Of a stretch of DNA of 64,000 bases, positions 60,454-64,000 are shown piece after piece. Position 1 is the first letter of the stretch; each line of letters starts with the position of its first letter. The notes under the pieces are model-generated. The model had not been told where the DNA came from and did no database searches. It was given only the letters and a program-made list of their open reading frames with translations. The stretch is taken from positions 809,763 through 873,762 of the forward strand of contig JBBDZX010000005.1 of assembly GCA_040899905.1 (NCBI GenBank), read 5' to 3'. This DNA comes from Anaerolineales bacterium (lineage in GTDB: Bacteria > Chloroflexota > Anaerolineae > Anaerolineales > E44-bin32). The position numbers were made by a program, and so were the translations under genes.

Positions 60454-62649
60454 CTAGGGGGGAGTCGGAGTCTCGGTGGGCGTCACGGTCGGAGTTTCCG
60501 GCGGCGTTTCTGTCACGGTCGGAGTTGGCGTCTCGGTCGGAGGCTCAGTCGGAGTCGCCGTCACCGTGGCAGTGGGAGTCAGAGTGGGGGTCGGCGTGCC
60601 CGTCGGGAGCGGCAGACCACCTTTGGCATGGACCATGGCGTACGCCGCCAGGGCGCGGGTCAATGCTGCGTTGGGGCAGAATTGCAAGGACGGCGTGACC
60701 TGACACGCAGGCAGGATACCCGCTTGATACGCAGCGTGGACCCACTTCGTGTACCACTGGCCGAGGGGCACGTCGCTGAAGATCGTGGACGAGGGTTCCG
60801 GCGGAACGAAAGAGGGTCCGTTCAGCATGCGCAGATAGAACACGGCTCCTTCGGCCCGCGTGTGGCCCTGCAGCGGGCAGTAAATCAGCGGGTCCGTGCC
60901 GCAGCCGGCGGTGTAGCCATCGTCCCACAGGGCACCCGCCCATTTCGTGTACCACTGCCCCAGGGCCACATCGGCAAATACCTGGGCTGTTGGCTCTGCC
61001 GGCGAGAACCCGCCCCCGTGAACGCCCCGTACGACGAAGACAGCGCTTTCGGCCCGCGTCATCGTGTTGTTTGGGCAATACATCCGCGGGGAGGCATTGC
61101 AGCCGGCGACATACTCGGCGTTGAACAGGGCGTCGATATAGACATCCCCTGTGTAGCTGCACGGCACGTCCACAAAGGTCGACGGCGGAAGGACGCCAAA
61201 TTCGAGGGCTTGCAGCGCACAGTCAATCTGAATCCTCGGCCGGTCCTGCACGGAGCCGCCAGAGCGTTGGTCGTCGACAAGCTTCCCGGTAGTCGCGAGA
61301 CTGGCCACGAGGTCGTCAACGGAGGCTCCCGGCTGGTACGACCTGAGAATGGCCATGGCTCCGGCGACGTGAGGCACGGCCATGGAGGTTCCGTTCGAAG
61401 AGCCCATCGAGCCTCCTGGCACGCTGGAAACGACGTTCTCTCCGGGCGCCAGCAGCGTCAGGAAACTAGCCATATTGCTGAAGCTCGAGACCGCATCGGC
61501 CCCCGAGACCGAGCCTACGCTCACCGCCGAAGGCGCACAGCCGGGGGAGGAGATCATGGTGCGCGAGCCGTTGTTTCCAGCTGCGACGACAGCAGGAATG
61601 CCCGCCGACCGCAGGGAATCCATGACAGGCTCGAGAGGATCGGTCGGACAGGGCCCGTCGCTGAGAGCGCCGCCGAGACTCATGTTGACCGAAGCGATCG
61701 GGTGAAGATTGCGCAAGGTGGTGTCCACGTAATCGAGCGCGGCCATGAGATCGGACGTGTACGCCAGCGCGCACGGCGTGCTCGGCCCACAGTTCACACT
61801 CGTCGTGAATTCGGAGAAGACCTGGATCGGGATCAATCCGGCCCCAGGCGCTACCCCGCGGTAGAGGACCCCGTTGCCGACGGCGATCCCGGCGACGTGA
61901 GTCCCATGGAAGCATTCGGGGATGACGGAGTCATCGCAGTTGATGCCAGCGCCGGATCCGAATTGTTGGTCCGCTCCAAGGGGATTCATCCCTGCCGGGC
62001 ATAGCGTCACCGAGTCATAGAGGGATGACGTCGTAGAAAAGCACGCCTCATCGACCGTCTTCCCGGACAGCATGGGGTGGCCCGTATCGGCTCCCGTGTC
62101 GAGGACCACGACCGAGTAGCCTGCCCCGGTTCGGCCCGTGGCCCAGGCATCGTCGGCACCGACTTGGATTACGCTGTCCAGCAGGGACGGCGAAAGGAGC
62201 TCGTCTTGGGTGACGCGGAGAACTTCGGAATCGGCAGTCAGCTTCTCAAGTGCGGCTGCATCCACCCGAACCACAAGGAATGGCGAGCCCACAAAGGAAC
62301 GCACCTGCCCGGCGTTCAGGCCTGCCAGCCGAGCCAGGACCCGGGCGCGGACTTCGCGGATCCTTCGACGCTGGGTTTGAACCTGCGTCTGGCCGAGTTC
62401 GGCCTCTGCTCGATACGGAAGGGCCAGCTCGACAATCACCTGGGATTCGCCACCCTCCTGAAGCGCCGCCACCAAAGCCGAGGGAATCCTTTCGCCTTGT
62501 CCTGGGAGGCTGGCGCGCGATTCGTACACGCCGGGATTGATCGTGCTGGCACGGGACAGCATGAGCCAGCCGATGCCACCCACCAAAAGAGCGGGGGCCA
62601 AAATCTGAAATCCCGAGAGGAGAGCTCGACTCGAGTAGTTGGTCGCCAC
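60454..62649 (-). CDS. Subtilisin-like S8 serine protease with SLH-like tail and PT-rich end
   Basis: Catalytic triad VLDTG, HGTHVAG, GTSMAVPHV; three FxDV repeats homologous to the other two tails. Confidence 0.93.
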   Translation of the reverse strand: MATNYSSRALLSGFQILAPALLVGGIGWLMLSRASTINPGVYESRASLPGQGERIPSALVAALQEGGESQVIVELALPYRAEAELGQTQVQTQRRRIREVRARVLARLAGLNAGQVRSFVGSPFLVVRVDAAALEKLTADSEVLRVTQDELLSPSLLDSVIQVGADDAWATGRTGAGYSVVVLDTGADTGHPMLSGKTVDEACFSTTSSLYDSVTLCPAGMNPLGADQQFGSGAGINCDDSVIPECFHGTHVAGIAVGNGVLYRGVAPGAGLIPIQVFSEFTTSVNCGPSTPCALAYTSDLMAALDYVDTTLRNLHPIASVNMSLGGALSDGPCPTDPLEPVMDSLRSAGIPAVVAAGNNGSRTMISSPGCAPSAVSVGSVSGADAVSSFSNMASFLTLLAPGENVVSSVPGGSMGSSNGTSMAVPHVAGAMAILRSYQPGASVDDLVASLATTGKLVDDQRSGGSVQDRPRIQIDCALQALEFGVLPPSTFVDVPCSYTGDVYIDALFNAEYVAGCNASPRMYCPNNTMTRAESAVFVVRGVHGGGFSPAEPTAQVFADVALGQWYTKWAGALWDDGYTAGCGTDPLIYCPLQGHTRAEGAVFYLRMLNGPSFVPPEPSSTIFSDVPLGQWYTKWVHAAYQAGILPACQVTPSLQFCPNAALTRALAAYAMVHAKGGLPLPTGTPTPTLTPTATVTATPTEPPTETPTPTVTETPPETPTVTPTETPTPP

Positions 62650-62716
62650 CTAGGTCCCAGCCTTCATAAAGGCTACTTTACCTTGAGGTAGCCATTCGAG
62701 CGATGGCTCTGGACTC

Positions 62717-64000
62717 CTATGGGCACGTGGTTAGCTCCAAATTGCGAACTCCAGTGAGCGCCGCGTAGTCCCATGCGAAGGGGAAGTCTGCAACCGGGCT
62801 GGCGACGGTCCGGATTTGAATCTCGACCTCCTCTTTGGTCGGGAGGATGTACTCAGCGAACCGATTCCAACCGCAGGTCCCACCTGCTGACAAGTCATGA
62901 CTCCACAATACTCCTCCATTTAGGACAACCTGCTGAAGCAACACCCATGGCCAATCTTGTGAGCGAAACCGATCTTGCACCTCTCCGGAGAGGATGTAAC
63001 ACGCATTCGCCTCAGTCGTGAACATTTTTTCTATTCCGATAGCTTCACCACGCAGAGATGGTTCCTCCGCAAACGTAAAGAATGAGCCTTCTGGGGCGTG
63101 GACGAGGCGACTCCCGCCAAGGACGGTCCAGCCAGAAAACCAATCCGCCTCATGTCGCAGCTCCTCGTCATTGGATCCGGGACTCCATGTTGAGTAATAG
63201 CCAATCTCGTCTGTGTTTTGGAGGTGGGCTCCCACCGCCTCCCTCGTCAGTGGATTCGTCACGACGATAACGTCCATATGCTGCAGCGCTCCTTCGGAGA
63301 AGTAGGGCGCAAATCGAGGATCTTCATATCCTACCGAGGTAACCCAGTCCGGCCTAGACACTGAGTTCTCAAGCGCCGCGATAGGGTAAAGACATGTCTC
63401 CCCTTCTACAAGTACCTGGATTGGTCTTGAGGCAGCACCAATCAGCCCATTTACGAACTGCGCCGCCGCCACTGTTTCTTCGTCCATCCAGTTGGAGTAT
63501 CCGAAGGCGCGAACAGCGCCACTAACGGCAAGTACGACAAGCACTACTAGCCCCCCAGCGCGCAATAGAATACCCTGCGCACTCAGAAGGTGGACGAGAA
63601 AGGTTGCAGCGAAAGGTATGACTGTCCAATAGAGGAACAACACATACCTGGCATGCAGGGTGGGCACGCCATATCCCATGATCCCTGCGAACATCAGACA
63701 CAGCAAATACGCAACGGGGGCCGACAAGTAAGATATCGCGCCTGGGGACCGCTTGGCCACAAACGGTATCGCAACAAACGAGAGAGCGATCAAGAGCGGC
63801 TCAGCAGCGACGAGTTCGCGTAGCGCAGAGCTCAATCTAAGCCGAAGAGGTTCAAGGAGAAACCAATCGTGAAAGGACTGTGCCTGGGCCAGGAAACGAA
63901 AACCGTTTCCGTACATTGCTTGATTTGCGACAATCCAAGTGATGGGAAAGGCTCCGCAAACTAGCGCGCCGAGTAAGAGAGAGCGGAGGTTCGTCTTGGC
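62717..64000 (-). CDS. Membrane protein, probable GT-C-type glycosyltransferase (5' end outside the window)
   Basis: Frame is open to the window edge; several TM helices, then ARYVLF and a soluble C-terminal domain; GC visibly lower than the rest of the window. Confidence 0.6.
   Translation of the reverse strand, partial: AKTNLRSLLLGALVCGAFPITWIVANQAMYGNGFRFLAQAQSFHDWFLLEPLRLRLSSALRELVAAEPLLIALSFVAIPFVAKRSPGAISYLSAPVAYLLCLMFAGIMGYGVPTLHARYVLFLYWTVIPFAATFLVHLLSAQGILLRAGGLVVLVVLAVSGAVRAFGYSNWMDEETVAAAQFVNGLIGAASRPIQVLVEGETCLYPIAALENSVSRPDWVTSVGYEDPRFAPYFSEGALQHMDVIVVTNPLTREAVGAHLQNTDEIGYYSTWSPGSNDEELRHEADWFSGWTVLGGSRLVHAPEGSFFTFAEEPSLRGEAIGIEKMFTTEANACYILSGEVQDRFRSQDWPWVLLQQVVLNGGVLWSHDLSAGGTCGWNRFAEYILPTKEEVEIQIRTVASPVADFPFAWDYAALTGVRNLELTTCP

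Noticed and set aside
50991-60605. Short tandem repeats (ACGCCGAC-type) as CRISPR or VNTR
   Set aside because: They encode Thr/Pro linkers within proteins; there is no repeat-spacer structure and no cas gene.

Overview
GC-rich bacterial chromosomal segment. Gene content and protein style (Pro/Thr-rich linkers, Cys-containing SLH-like tails, GGTATAAT -10 boxes) suggest Chloroflexota, probably Anaerolineae; this is inference. Left to right: a membrane Ser/Thr kinase; a four-gene peptidase/sulfatase-like operon; NUDIX, HAD and epimerase genes; and a complete myo-inositol catabolic cluster (iolB-C-D-A-E-G plus an extra dehydrogenase and epimerase) served by an Fe3+/AfuA-type ABC transporter and HAD phosphatases. 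Core genes follow: prs, meaB with a mutase B12 domain, trpS, trxA, CIRCE-hrcA-grpE-dnaK-dnaJ-prmA, S1-rpsU-infA, rpsO-pnp and proS. Next come a coupled metallophosphoesterase/ParB-Srx-like/kinase trio and metK under a SAM-I riboswitch. The right end is a cell-surface locus with three SLH-tailed exoenzymes (SpoIID+PQQ-dehydrogenase fusion, LasA-type M23 peptidase, subtilase), an emfourin-like lipoprotein and glycosyltransferases. The best novelty candidates are (1) an unannotated ~355-nt structured RNA with its own consensus promoter and terminator directly in front of the phosphoesterase/ParB/kinase trio, (2) the surface-anchored wall-lytic enzyme set sharing a 437-bp identical anchor, (3) two further candidate ncRNAs near 24.1 kb and 56.3 kb, and (4) a probable inositol-phosphate uptake route. 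No CRISPR array, tRNA, rRNA, transposase or integrase was seen. All RNA folds and alignments were done by eye.
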